Virus record (IMG/VR): IMGVR_UViG_3300028653_000011
Direction: 5' to 3' (one strand)
DNA length: 64,000 nucleotides
Origin: a virus
Taxonomy: Duplodnaviria; Heunggongvirae; Uroviricota; Caudoviricetes
Position numbers and translations under genes: made by a program. Below the pieces are notes generated by a model, which worked only from the letters and a program-made list of their open reading frames with translations, was not told where the DNA came from and searched no databases. Below are positions 1 through 10,200 of this stretch, piece by piece; the first letter of the stretch is position 1; every line of letters starts with the position of its first letter.

Positions 1-2
1 AT

Positions 3-653
3 GAGCTCCAGAAGGCAGCGCGCAGGCACGATTCTGAAAAGTTGACAGCGGCATCAGAGGTGGGTCGCATGCAGTCTGACCTCGATAAGTTGGCAATTGA
101 TGCGACCCACCGCCACAACCTGTTGCAGTTGATGAAGGCTCACGAACTGATTGCACAGGCCTTCTCGAGGAAGGGCATCCCGGCGTTGATCACCACGTCA
201 CAGCTCCCCGTCATCAACGCCGAGATTGCCGAGATTCTTCACGGCATCGTTGACTTCAACATTGAGCTTGAGGTCGACGACGTCAATGATTCCATGGAGG
301 TCTACATTGACTACGGCGACAGTCGCCGGCCCATCGAGCTGGCTAGCGGCATGGAGAAGATGATCGCCTCGTTGGCCATCCGCGTGGCGCTGATCAACGT
401 ATCATCGTTGCCCAAGACCGACATGTTCATCATCGATGAGGCCTTTGGCCCCATGGATCCCGCTAGCGTTGAGGCCTGTAACCGCCTGTTGATGTCACTC
501 AAGCGCTACTTCAAGACCATCGTCGTCATCACCCACGTCGACGGTGTCAAGGACGCGGCCGATCACATCATTGAGATCAACAAGGTCGAAAAAGATAGCT
601 GCGTGATGTACAATGAATCGTGGCATGGCGACCGTACCTCCGAGACAGACTGA
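3..653 (+). CDS. SbcC/Rad50/T4 gp46-like recombination ATPase, C-terminal part (5' truncated by window edge)
   Basis: Frame open from nt 3. ABC signature-like ASGMEK, Walker B/D-loop MFIIDEAFGPMD, H-loop VVITH. Confidence 0.88.
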   Translation, partial: ELQKAARRHDSEKLTAASEVGRMQSDLDKLAIDATHRHNLLQLMKAHELIAQAFSRKGIPALITTSQLPVINAEIAEILHGIVDFNIELEVDDVNDSMEVYIDYGDSRRPIELASGMEKMIASLAIRVALINVSSLPKTDMFIIDEAFGPMDPASVEACNRLLMSLKRYFKTIVVITHVDGVKDAADHIIEINKVEKDSCVMYNESWHGDRTSETD

Positions 654-922
654 TCGACGATCGACCCGGTGACTTTGTCGTCATCGTGCCGGTCGATGCC
701 TCACCCGTGACGCCGCTGGCGTGTCCGATCTGTGATCACCTGATGCGGTCGCAGGATGATGATCGTGCGTACCGTGAATTTGGGTGCTGTGAGCGCTGTG
801 CCATGATGTGGGCTCATCCACGTCGACAGGCCTGGCGTGACGGTTGGCGACCATCAGCAGAACAGGTGCAAGGGGTTGAAGTTGATCGCCCACCGCTATC
901 ACTTGTCCTTGAACTGCGTTAG
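620..922 (+). CDS. small putative zinc-binding protein
   Basis: CPIC...CCERC cysteine pairs. TACAAT (609-614) lies 5 nt before the GTG start. Confidence 0.6.
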   Translation: MAWRPYLRDRLIDDRPGDFVVIVPVDASPVTPLACPICDHLMRSQDDDRAYREFGCCERCAMMWAHPRRQAWRDGWRPSAEQVQGVEVDRPPLSLVLELR

Positions 923-964
923 TCCTGTGCAACGGCCATATTTAGGCCGAGGAGCAACCTTCTC

Positions 965-1345
965 ATGGCAGACATTGATTACGCAGCTCTTCAACAGTCG
1001 TTCGACACGACGTGGGGCCGTTCATCGACACCCAAGACGGCAGGATACTCTGTCAAGGTGACGCTGTTGGGACCTGATCGGCTGATGACATCGTACGCCG
1101 CTATCGTCAATTTTGGTACCGAGAGGGAATCACTTGAGATGAAACGGCGCTATGCCGAGGAATCAAAGGCGGTGACCAGCGAGGTCTTGAAGGTGGTCAA
1201 GGCCAATTACAAGGAATTGGCCGATGCGTCACTGTCGACCAAAGAGTTGTCGAGCGAAGACAGCCTTGAGATCACCAACTACAACGTTCATAACCCCCGC
1301 CGAAGTGCCTATTACAGGCGCAAGACGGTGTACGAGATCGGGTGA
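965..1345 (+). CDS. hypothetical phage protein
   Basis: GAGGAG RBS, TATTTA motif at 939-944, TGATG coupling to terminase. Confidence 0.7.
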   Translation: MADIDYAALQQSFDTTWGRSSTPKTAGYSVKVTLLGPDRLMTSYAAIVNFGTERESLEMKRRYAEESKAVTSEVLKVVKANYKELADASLSTKELSSEDSLEITNYNVHNPRRSAYYRRKTVYEIG

Positions 1346-4185
1346 TGAGTGAACCTCATCTAGGCCTGTCGAAGCCTCAACAGGTGCAAGAGATCCTGAA
1401 GTGTGGTAAGGATCCCATCTACTTCATCAAGACCTACGTCAAAATTCAGCACCCGAAGAGGGGGACGATCCCGTTTGAGACCTACCCGTTTCAGGACGAC
1501 TGCATCAATGACTTCAAAGAACACCGCCTCAACATCGTCCTGAAGTCACGGCAGTTGGGACTATCGACGATCAGCGCGGCATACTCGCTGTGGCTGGCGA
1601 TCTTTCACAAGGACAAGAATGTCCTCGTCATTGCGACCAAGCTACCCACGGCCATGAACTTCATCAAGAAGATCAGGGTCATGTTGCAGAGCCTGCCCCC
1701 ATGGCTGTTGCTACCCAAGTTTGAGCCCACCAAGCAGGCCATCGCCTTCAGCAATGGCTCGACGATCACCGCCATTCCGACGTCCGACGATGCCGGGCGA
1801 TCGGAGGCCTTGTCACTGCTGATCGTTGATGAGGCTGCCTTCATCCGTGACTTTGAGGAGATCTGGACAGGACTGGCACCCACCTTCTCGACGGGAGGTA
1901 GTGCCATCATCTTGTCGACGCCCAATGGTGTCGGTGGCCAGTACTACCGCCTGTGGGTCGAGGCCGAGGCGGGCCTCAATGACTTCAATCCCATTAGGCT
2001 GATGTGGGATGTGCACCCGGAACACGATCAGGCGTGGTTTGTGAAGGAGAGCAGATCGCTGTCGAGGCGTAAGGTCGCTCAGGAGTTCTTGTGCGTGGGC
2101 GGTGATACCAAGATTGTGACGCCTGATGGGTACAAGATGGCAGAAGAGTTGCACATCGGCGACTTGGTCATGACGCACGTTGGTAGGTTTCGTCCTGTCA
2201 CCCGGGTAAATAGTAGGCTTGTAAAAGACGGCGAGGAACTGTATGAGGTCAGTTCACCAGGTAGTCGTCAGTGTAAGTTCGTCTTGACTGGCAATCATCC
2301 CATGTTGTCATACCGTTTTCGTGCCAATCAGATCACGTCACTTCAATGGATTGAACAGAATGCGTGTGAGCCATCGTGGATTGAGGCTACGACAATTGCC
2401 GGTACTCGTAAGACCACGGATCGAATTCTCAACGCGCTAGTACCAGTGTTTAGGCCTGATGAACCCACTGAACGCTTGACGTCGATTGATTTGTCGACGC
2501 TTTACCCATCAGTCGATGTAACGCCTGACACGTGCCGCTATGTGAAGCAATGGGGTAGTACTAAACGTCATGTGCCTGTTGACTTTGACTTAGGCATGTT
2601 TGTAGGATTGTACTTGGCTGAGGGGTGTAATGCACGGGGTGGGCTTGACATGGGGTTTCACATTGATGAGATGGAGACACACGCTCGTTGGTGCGTTGAT
2701 TTTCTCGAGAAGTTGGGTTGTCGAACGACGTTGTCTCCATCAGAGATTGCAAATGGTTGTCGTCTGTGGACACACAATAAACATGTTGGTGCGCTTGTCA
2801 GATCGTTTGTCATGGGTCAAACGGCTCCTATTAAACATCTTGATCTTGATAGGGTTCTATCATGTGGCCGTGAGTTTATCAAAGGTCTATTGTATGGGCA
2901 TCACGCGGGAGATGGTAATCACGAGCACACTACGAAGACATCCACGTTCAGTACTTCGTCGAAGTTGGTGTATCAATTACGTACCCTCAACACCATGTTT
3001 GGTCTGTATCCTCGGATCGGGCGTGTTGAACGTAGTAAAAAGAACCCAAAGCACCATGATATGTGGTATCTCGAGTTTCAGGCAGGTGGGACGACGTACC
3101 GTGAATTGCTCGAACGCGGACAATTGTACAAGCCCGGATCAAGGACGCGTCTCATTGGTGAGTACTTTGTTGGTCAGCACTCATTGAAGGATATATCGCA
3201 CCTTCGTGATGTCGATGGGGGTTACACCGTCTATGATATCAGTGTGGCCGATGACAATTCATTTGTTGCTCAATCTGCAGTTCTTCACAATTGCGACTTC
3301 ATCACGTCGGGTGACACCTTCCTACAACCCGGTGACCTCGATGACCTAAAGTTGCAGATCATGCAACCTGCGTCGAAGGAGGGCTTTGATCGCAACATCT
3401 GGGTCTGGAGCCCACCCATTGCTGGTCACACCTACGTCATCAGCGCCGACGTGTCGAGGGGCGATGCACGTGATTATTCGGCCTTTCACATCATCGATGC
3501 GGGTGACTGCGAAGTGGCCGCCGAGTACATGGGCAAGGTGCCGCCCGAGAAACTGGCCGACATGTTGAACGAGTGGGGCCGCAAGTACAACGATGCCCTA
3601 TTGGTGCCCGAGAACAACACCTTTGGCTACTTCGTCAACGTCAAACTCCGCGATGCGCTGGGCTACAAGAAGCTGTACTACACCAGCAACGGCGGCGACC
3701 CCTTCAATTACGTGCCCACCAACTCTGAGGAGCTGCCGGGTTTCCCGACTAACCAGAAGTCACGGGTGCAGATCCTGGCCAAGCTGGAGGAGATGATTCG
3801 CAACAAGACGTTGAAGACGTACTCACAGCGCCTCTATGATCAATTGCAGGCCTTCGTGTGGAACGGCAACAAGCCCATGGCCGGCAAGGACAGCTTCGAT
3901 GACTTGATCATGAGCCTCGCCATTGGTTGTTGGTTGGTCGAGGGCAGCAATGGCCTCAGTGAACAGGCCGTCGCCATGTCGTACGCTATCCTCAATGCGA
4001 CCCGCGTCCACGTTCGGGACATCAATCAGATGCCCGGCGGCGTCAACGAGGCACAGCCTTTGGTCAATCCCAACATCAAGGGCATGAATGCACAGAGTGT
4101 CTATCGACCACGCGACGCGTCGCAGGTGGCACCACGTAATCCGTACCAAAGAGACGTCAGTGACTTTCGCTGGTTGACTAGATGA
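1345..4185 (+). CDS. terL: terminase large subunit (T4 gp17-like) containing an intein
   Basis: CGKDPIYFIKTYVKIQHP N-terminus, Walker A LKSRQLGLST, Walker B LLIVDEAAF, STPNG coupling motif, nuclease motifs ISADVSRG and DDLIMSLAI. Confidence 0.95.
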   Translation: MSEPHLGLSKPQQVQEILKCGKDPIYFIKTYVKIQHPKRGTIPFETYPFQDDCINDFKEHRLNIVLKSRQLGLSTISAAYSLWLAIFHKDKNVLVIATKLPTAMNFIKKIRVMLQSLPPWLLLPKFEPTKQAIAFSNGSTITAIPTSDDAGRSEALSLLIVDEAAFIRDFEEIWTGLAPTFSTGGSAIILSTPNGVGGQYYRLWVEAEAGLNDFNPIRLMWDVHPEHDQAWFVKESRSLSRRKVAQEFLCVGGDTKIVTPDGYKMAEELHIGDLVMTHVGRFRPVTRVNSRLVKDGEELYEVSSPGSRQCKFVLTGNHPMLSYRFRANQITSLQWIEQNACEPSWIEATTIAGTRKTTDRILNALVPVFRPDEPTERLTSIDLSTLYPSVDVTPDTCRYVKQWGSTKRHVPVDFDLGMFVGLYLAEGCNARGGLDMGFHIDEMETHARWCVDFLEKLGCRTTLSPSEIANGCRLWTHNKHVGALVRSFVMGQTAPIKHLDLDRVLSCGREFIKGLLYGHHAGDGNHEHTTKTSTFSTSSKLVYQLRTLNTMFGLYPRIGRVERSKKNPKHHDMWYLEFQAGGTTYRELLERGQLYKPGSRTRLIGEYFVGQHSLKDISHLRDVDGGYTVYDISVADDNSFVAQSAVLHNCDFITSGDTFLQPGDLDDLKLQIMQPASKEGFDRNIWVWSPPIAGHTYVISADVSRGDARDYSAFHIIDAGDCEVAAEYMGKVPPEKLADMLNEWGRKYNDALLVPENNTFGYFVNVKLRDALGYKKLYYTSNGGDPFNYVPTNSEELPGFPTNQKSRVQILAKLEEMIRNKTLKTYSQRLYDQLQAFVWNGNKPMAGKDSFDDLIMSLAIGCWLVEGSNGLSEQAVAMSYAILNATRVHVRDINQMPGGVNEAQPLVNPNIKGMNAQSVYRPRDASQVAPRNPYQRDVSDFRWLTR
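2092..3291 (+). mobile_element. intein (400 aa) with LAGLIDADG homing endonuclease in terminase
   Basis: Splice junctions QEFL|CVGGDTKIVT and SAVLHN|CDF. Block B LTGNHP, block F VYDISVADDNSF, LAGLIDADG-like GLYLAEG and GLLYGHHAGDG. Lower GC3 than flanks. Confidence 0.93.
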
Positions 4186-4222
4186 ACGGGTGGCGAATAC
4201 CTATGATTGCAGAAGGATGCCC

Positions 4223-4858
4223 ATGACGACCCAAACTCCCAAGATCGGCCTACTGAGACTGCGGCACCTGATCAACGAAGAGACCTCGCAGGTCACTGAA
4301 GCCGTCGACCACGCCAGCGCCGCGGCCATCGTCGGCGGTGCCTCGAACCTGTTGAAGGCGATCGAGAAGTTCAAGGAGAAGGCGTCGCCTGCCGCCGTCA
4401 ATGCGCTGACGCCGCACTTGGGCAACATTGAGAAGGTGCTGGAGGACATGGTCAATACCCCGGGCTCCTACGTCGCCAGGGTCAAGGTGGAGCCCAAGAA
4501 GGTGTCGCTAAAGGCCGTGAAGAAGGAAGGTGCCTTGAAGGAGGCCACGGGCGGCGACGGCAAGCTCGAGAAGGTAACGGAGCAGAACTGGCAGCACCTC
4601 GAAGTGGGCAACACCTACCTCGTCAAGGCGGGTCGAGACCGCACGCAGAGCAACTTCGTGGGTTGGGTCGACAAGAACGGCGAGCACACCGACAACGAGG
4701 ATCCGACGCAGGTTGACCTGAAGTTCGTCGACGTCAAGGATGGCTTCGAGTGGACGGCTTACCACCACGACGGGGGCTATGCGGTGGGTTCAAGTGCGGA
4801 TGCGCTGTACGTGAAGGAGACGGATCAATATGATGGGCTCGGCGAGGTGGTGCCGTGA
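4223..4858 (+). CDS. hypothetical protein with N-terminal LRHLINEE helix (possible internal head protein)
   Basis: AGAAGG RBS before ATG 4223, degenerate TACCTA motif at 4198, located between terminase and portal. Confidence 0.65.
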   Translation: MTTQTPKIGLLRLRHLINEETSQVTEAVDHASAAAIVGGASNLLKAIEKFKEKASPAAVNALTPHLGNIEKVLEDMVNTPGSYVARVKVEPKKVSLKAVKKEGALKEATGGDGKLEKVTEQNWQHLEVGNTYLVKAGRDRTQSNFVGWVDKNGEHTDNEDPTQVDLKFVDVKDGFEWTAYHHDGGYAVGSSADALYVKETDQYDGLGEVVP

Positions 4859-5160
4859 TTCGTGTCAGCGTTGAGCGGTTGAGGCGATTGATCAAGGAAG
4901 AGATTGAGGATCACCCTAAGATTATGACGCTGGCACAGGTGAAGCAGCAGTTTCCTGACGCATACAAGTACCTGTTGAATGGTGACATGCAGGACCTCAA
5001 TGGTCGTGACATCAAGACACCCAAACATCTGCAGCACTACATGGACGCCTGTGACTCCTACTTCTTCATTGACGGTACGGGTCAACTTCACATGAAGGAT
5101 GCCTATGAACACGAGGTCTGGGATCCTGAGAAGAAGATGTTTTGGTGGCCGCAGGCGTGA
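4855..5160 (+). CDS. hypothetical protein with N-terminal LRRLIKEE helix
   Basis: GTGA overlap with the upstream stop; motif shared with other small ORFs. Confidence 0.65.
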   Translation: MIRVSVERLRRLIKEEIEDHPKIMTLAQVKQQFPDAYKYLLNGDMQDLNGRDIKTPKHLQHYMDACDSYFFIDGTGQLHMKDAYEHEVWDPEKKMFWWPQA

Positions 5161-5219
5161 CGTTTGTGATGTAGGATCGAACGAAGGGAGCTCTCTCTTG
5201 ACTAGAGGGGCACAGAAGA

Positions 5220-8200
5220 ATGGCGAAACGCGAACCTAGAAGCCTCTTTAGAAGGTTAAGTCGACTTTTCAAGAGTGGCCCAGTCGTGAAGAGGAAGATA
5301 CGTGCCCTCGACACGAGCATTGCTGTCGCCGATAAGACGAAGAGCTCGGGTACCCTGCTCTTTCAGAAGTCGTTGTCTCCCACGTATGCGACGATCACGA
5401 GCAACGCATACAATCTCTCGGAACGATTAATGAGGTATCAAGATTTTCAAGAGATGGAATATAGTGTTGACGGTGCGACCTTGATTGCCCAACCTGATGG
5501 GTTCAAGACAATCGCCGAGTTGGCTGCGGAGTGTGAAGCAGATCCCAACAAGACGTTCATCGTTTACTCTTATGACCATGAGCAGAAGCGCATTGTACCT
5601 GCATGGGGTAAGCAGGCGCGCCAAACGTGTGTTGACCATGCGTGGAAGGTGACGTTCGATAACGGCAAGTCGCTGACGTTGAGCCCCGAACACCGCTTGA
5701 TGTTGCGCGATGGTACGTATCGCAAGACTGAGGACTTACAGCCTGGCGATGCGATGATGCCATTCTACCGCAAGGATCTGTTTGCGAACGCAGAAGAGGG
5801 CACTAAGGGGTACTCGTGGGTCTACACGATGGATGGACGTTTTCGCGGGTGGACGAAGGAACACCAGCTGGTATCTGAGTGGGTGGCCGGACGAGAGTTG
5901 ACTGAGGATGAGTGCGTTCACCACATCAACTTCGTCAAGACCGACAACAGGCCTGAGAACTTGCGTATCATGACGAAGAGCGACCACAGCTCGTACCATG
6001 CAGCGCTCAACAATGGGGTGAAGTGGGCGCCAGAGAATCAAGAATGGATCGAAAGGTTCAAAAAACAGCACGCAGAGTGGATGCGTAACAATGCACCATC
6101 GCGCCGCAACGATGTCACGTTCTCTAGAATCATTCAGATCGCTGAGAAGGTTGGCTTCGACATCACCAAAGTGTCCAGGGCCCTTAATGTCACTACGTTC
6201 TTGGTTCATGAGCGGCTCACTGCCAATGGGTTTCCTACGTTCGAAGCGTTTACAGCGGCATATGGTCACGGTATACCTGAGGTTGTCATTCATCAGGCCT
6301 CAAAGCTAACGCGTGAACTGTCGCTTGACACGATCAAACACTTGATTGTTGAGGCAGACACCAAACGTTCGATGGCGGTGAAGTTAGGTTGTACCGTCAA
6401 TGTCCTCGATAAGTTCCTCAATCGGCGCATTAATCGAACGTGGAATGATGTGAGGAAGGAATGTGGGTTGACTACCTACAAACAAATTCGTCAAGGAGGT
6501 CGTCCCAAGGGTTCAAACGGCAGCGATCTCACGTTCAAACAGATCTGTGATGCTTTCGAACCAGGCCTCACCTTGCCACGTCTGACTGAAAAGCTAGGTG
6601 TCAACAAGAATACGATTATCTCTCGCCTTGCGCAGAACGGCTTCAAGAAGTTTAGTGAGTTCGGCGCATCTTACCAGAACTGCAAGGTCGTTTCTGTCGA
6701 GTACGTCGGCATCATTCCCCTCTATGACCTCACAGTCGATGGTTACAAGAACTTTGCAACCGACAGCGTCATCTCACACAACACCCCTGAGATCGCTGCC
6801 GCGATGGACATCTATGCCGATGAGACCGTCGCCGCAGATGAGAAGGGCATGTGCCTCCACGTCTACTCCGACAATGAGAAGATCAAGGAGCTGCTCGAGG
6901 ACCTCTTCTACAACGTCCTCAACATTGAATTCAACTTGCGCTCGTGGGCTCGTAACCTCTGCAAGTACGGCGACTTCTTCCTCTACAATGACGTGTCGCC
7001 CGAGTACGGCGTCGTCAACGCTTTCCCGATCCCGGTCAACGAGGTCGAGCGCGAAGAGAACTATGACCGTGAAGATCCCTTCGCCGTCCGTTATCGTTGG
7101 GTGACGTTGGGCAACAGGACGCTCGAAAATTGGGAGGTGACCCACTTCCGCTTGTTGGGCAATGACATGTTCCTCCCATATGGCTCGTCGATCATTGAGC
7201 CCGCGCGCCGCATCTGGCGCCAGCTCATCCTGATCGAGGACGCCATGTTGGTCTACCGCGTCGTGCGTGCCCCCGAGCGCCGCGTTTTCTACATTGACGT
7301 GGCCAACGTGCCCGCGACTGAAGTCAACAATTACATCGAACAGCAACGTCAACAGATGAGGACGACGCCGGTCGTTGACAACCAAACTGGCCGCGTCGAC
7401 CTACGCTATAATCCGATGTCCGTTGAGGAGGACTTTTTCATCCCGGTGCGTGGTGGCGAGAGCGGCACTAAGATCGACACGTTGGCGGGTGGTGTCAACA
7501 CTGCCGCAGTTGAGGACGTCGCCTACATTCAGAAGAAGCTGTTCGCTGCACTGAAGATCCCGCGGGCCTACTTGGGCTACGATGAGATGTTGAGCAGCAA
7601 GGCGACGCTGGCACAGGAGGACATTCGGTTCTCCCGCACCATCTCCGTCATTCAGAAGACGATGATGGCCGAGCTCAATAAGTTGGCCATCATTCACCTG
7701 TACGCTCATGGCTTTGACAATGAGGACCTGCAGAACTTCACCCTACGCCTCAGCAATCCGTCGACCGTCGCTCAACAGCAGAAGTTGGAGCTGTGGCGCG
7801 CCAAGTTTGAAATTGCGGGTTCGGCCCCCGAGGGTATGGCCAGCAAGAAGTTCATTCGCAAGGAGATCTGGGGATTGAACGACGAGCAGATGGAGGCCAT
7901 CGACGAGGAACGGTTGGCTGAAAAGAAGATCGATGATGCCATCGAGGCAGGTGAGGGTGCTGACGACGGTGGAGGCGGGGGTGCAGGTGGAGGCGGGGGT
8001 GACGATGACCTCTTTGGAGACGCCGGCGCTGGTGGTGGCGATGAAGGTGGCGGCGCCGAAGAAGCAGGTGGTGGCGAAGAGAAGGCTCCACCTGAAGAGA
8101 ATGCGGGTGAAGAACCCGAAGAAGAGGTTGAGCCCGGCGCTCAATTGTTGACCAGCGGCGACGACAATGACAATGAGTCATTCGCATTGAAGTTGGGTGA

Positions 8201-8663
8201 CAGCGATGATAGCAAACCCATCAAGCCCAAGTCGCAGCTCCAAAAGGCCCTCTATAACAACAGTCGCCACCGCAACCACGGTGCCAGCAAGACGCACATG
8301 CCTGACTTTCAGAAGATGACGTCGAATGACAATCCCGCGATGGAAGATCCCTACGACAATGATTGGTTGAAGTCAGTCGTGACGAATCCATTCGCTGAGG
8401 GTAGTTCGCCTCCCATCGGGCGCCGGACGAGACTGTCTGCTGACATTATGTCAACAATGAGGAGAATGACAGCTAAGTTCACTGCCGATGGTGAGGTTAC
8501 TCGAGCTACGTTGAATGAGGGCCGTGATGTGCAGGATGAGATCGATGGAGGAGGTCAATCCATGTTCGATCTTGACATTGATGCTGACGTTACGCCGAGT
8601 CGCGGTCAGCTCAACGAGAGCGCAGTACTTATTGGTGATCCCACCGGGGAGGACGACGAATGA
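5220..8663 (+). CDS. portal protein (T4 gp20-like) with intein and long acidic C-terminal tail
   Basis: PEIAAAMDIYADE, RNLCKYGDFF, IEDAMLVYRVVRAPERRVFYIDV, EEDFFIPVRG, KKLFAALKIPRAYL. Confidence 0.95.
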   Translation: MAKREPRSLFRRLSRLFKSGPVVKRKIRALDTSIAVADKTKSSGTLLFQKSLSPTYATITSNAYNLSERLMRYQDFQEMEYSVDGATLIAQPDGFKTIAELAAECEADPNKTFIVYSYDHEQKRIVPAWGKQARQTCVDHAWKVTFDNGKSLTLSPEHRLMLRDGTYRKTEDLQPGDAMMPFYRKDLFANAEEGTKGYSWVYTMDGRFRGWTKEHQLVSEWVAGRELTEDECVHHINFVKTDNRPENLRIMTKSDHSSYHAALNNGVKWAPENQEWIERFKKQHAEWMRNNAPSRRNDVTFSRIIQIAEKVGFDITKVSRALNVTTFLVHERLTANGFPTFEAFTAAYGHGIPEVVIHQASKLTRELSLDTIKHLIVEADTKRSMAVKLGCTVNVLDKFLNRRINRTWNDVRKECGLTTYKQIRQGGRPKGSNGSDLTFKQICDAFEPGLTLPRLTEKLGVNKNTIISRLAQNGFKKFSEFGASYQNCKVVSVEYVGIIPLYDLTVDGYKNFATDSVISHNTPEIAAAMDIYADETVAADEKGMCLHVYSDNEKIKELLEDLFYNVLNIEFNLRSWARNLCKYGDFFLYNDVSPEYGVVNAFPIPVNEVEREENYDREDPFAVRYRWVTLGNRTLENWEVTHFRLLGNDMFLPYGSSIIEPARRIWRQLILIEDAMLVYRVVRAPERRVFYIDVANVPATEVNNYIEQQRQQMRTTPVVDNQTGRVDLRYNPMSVEEDFFIPVRGGESGTKIDTLAGGVNTAAVEDVAYIQKKLFAALKIPRAYLGYDEMLSSKATLAQEDIRFSRTISVIQKTMMAELNKLAIIHLYAHGFDNEDLQNFTLRLSNPSTVAQQQKLELWRAKFEIAGSAPEGMASKKFIRKEIWGLNDEQMEAIDEERLAEKKIDDAIEAGEGADDGGGGGAGGGGGDDDLFGDAGAGGGDEGGGAEEAGGGEEKAPPEENAGEEPEEEVEPGAQLLTSGDDNDNESFALKLGDSDDSKPIKPKSQLQKALYNNSRHRNHGASKTHMPDFQKMTSNDNPAMEDPYDNDWLKSVVTNPFAEGSSPPIGRRTRLSADIMSTMRRMTAKFTADGEVTRATLNEGRDVQDEIDGGGQSMFDLDIDADVTPSRGQLNESAVLIGDPTGEDDE
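5463..6782 (+). mobile_element. intein (440 aa, Ser1 / Thr+1) with HNH endonuclease in portal
   Basis: EMEY|SVDGATLIAQPDG, block B LSPEHRLM, HNH VHHINFVKTDNRPENL, block F LYDLTVDGYKNF, end VISHN|TPE. Confidence 0.9.
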
Positions 8664-9526
8664 AGCCTAGGTCAAATTCACACAACAAACGCCGAAATAC
8701 CGGGCTCCTCTACGAGTTTTTGGTCTACAGCATCTCGCGTGCGTTGGTTGAGAACAACACCAAACGCTCGAACGTGGCACTCAAGGTGATTCGTCGGCAC
8801 TTTAAGCCGGGCTGTGAGCTGTACCGAGAATTTCGTCTCATCAACTCTCTGCTCAGGACGACGGTGTCGAGCGAGGCCATTGCCGCGTCGATCATTCAAG
8901 AAGCCAAGCTTGCAGCTCGTTCGCACGATGTTGCAAAGCTCGATCGTGAAAAGTCCGTATTGATCAACACCATCAATCGCGCGATCAACGATAGCGACTT
9001 CTACGATCACCAGGTCAATGAGTACAAGATGTATGCAACGGTACAGACGCTGTTGAACGACTGGCGTGTTGCCGACAGTGACCTAGGTAGGGTCGCTCAG
9101 TATGAGGATCAATTGTTGAAGTGGTTGGTGACTGAGAAGGCAACGCCCGTCGACACCGTGGTCTCAGATGACAGTCCCGGGCACAGTCGATTGTTGATGA
9201 AGATGATGATGAAGCGCCTCAATGAGAAGTACGCTCACGCGCTCAGCGATACTCAAAAGCAACTGCTCCGTGCCTACGCCTTCTCGACGGCCAACGACGA
9301 TCCTGCCTCAATCAAGCTCAAACTTCAGGAAGTCCGCCAGGGACTGGTCATGGAGATTGAGCTCTATCAACGCAATAATCCAGACGACGTTCACATCAAC
9401 AAGAAGCTCGAAGAAGTCTACAATCACCTCGCGGGTGAGACGTTCGACGTGGTTGATGATGATGCGGTGACGCGGTTCATGCTGTACACCAAGCTCAGCA
9501 CTGAACTCACTTCGGAGGGAACATGA
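8660..9526 (+). CDS. helical head-morphogenesis-cluster protein, function unknown
   Basis: Between portal and protease with ATGA overlaps at both ends; TACTTA at 8626-8631. Confidence 0.7.
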   Translation: MKPRSNSHNKRRNTGLLYEFLVYSISRALVENNTKRSNVALKVIRRHFKPGCELYREFRLINSLLRTTVSSEAIAASIIQEAKLAARSHDVAKLDREKSVLINTINRAINDSDFYDHQVNEYKMYATVQTLLNDWRVADSDLGRVAQYEDQLLKWLVTEKATPVDTVVSDDSPGHSRLLMKMMMKRLNEKYAHALSDTQKQLLRAYAFSTANDDPASIKLKLQEVRQGLVMEIELYQRNNPDDVHINKKLEEVYNHLAGETFDVVDDDAVTRFMLYTKLSTELTSEGT

Positions 9527-10197
9527 CTAATACAGCCAACTTGAGGCGCCTTGAGAGTTACGACGTCTTTGACTATAAAGTAGTCACTGAAGACGTACCG
9601 GCTCGGATCACTGAGGACACCAAGGGCAACAAGGTCGAAGTGCCGGCGACCAAGAAGATCATGATGAAGGGTATCCTGCAGAAGGCAGACACTCTCAACC
9701 AGAACGGCAGGATTTACCCGCTCGCGATTCTCGATCGTGAGTGCCGCAACTATCAGAAGTTCATTCTCGAGAACCGTGCCACCGGTGAGCTCGATCACCC
9801 CGACAGCTCCGTCATCAACTTGAAGAACGTTTCGCACATCGTGCGCGAGGCCTACATCGAGAACGGCACTGTCTTGGGCACCATTGAAGTCCTTGACAAA
9901 ACGCCGTCGGGCGCCATTCTCAAAGGGTTGGTGGATTCAGGCGTCAAGATCGGCATCTCCAGCCGCGGCGTGGGTTCAACGCGGAAGCAGGGCGAGTACC
10001 AAGTCGTCCAGGACGATTTTCAGCTGATCTGCTGGGACGTTGTGAGCGAACCGTCAACGCCTCAAGCATTCATGATTCCCGAAGGAAAAGAGATCACGTC
10101 TGCCGAATTGAAGCAGCTCTTCAGCAAGTCAGATCGGATTGACCGCGTCTTGAACGAGATTTTGTTGCGTGGCGTGCCAACCAAGGATGTGAGGTGA
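9523..10197 (+). CDS. prohead core protease (T4 gp21-like)
   Basis: GILQKADTLNQNGRIYP, GELDHP, VSH, GISSRGVGS, WDVVSEPST motifs. Confidence 0.95.
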   Translation: MTNTANLRRLESYDVFDYKVVTEDVPARITEDTKGNKVEVPATKKIMMKGILQKADTLNQNGRIYPLAILDRECRNYQKFILENRATGELDHPDSSVINLKNVSHIVREAYIENGTVLGTIEVLDKTPSGAILKGLVDSGVKIGISSRGVGSTRKQGEYQVVQDDFQLICWDVVSEPSTPQAFMIPEGKEITSAELKQLFSKSDRIDRVLNEILLRGVPTKDVR

Positions 10198-10200
10198 TCA

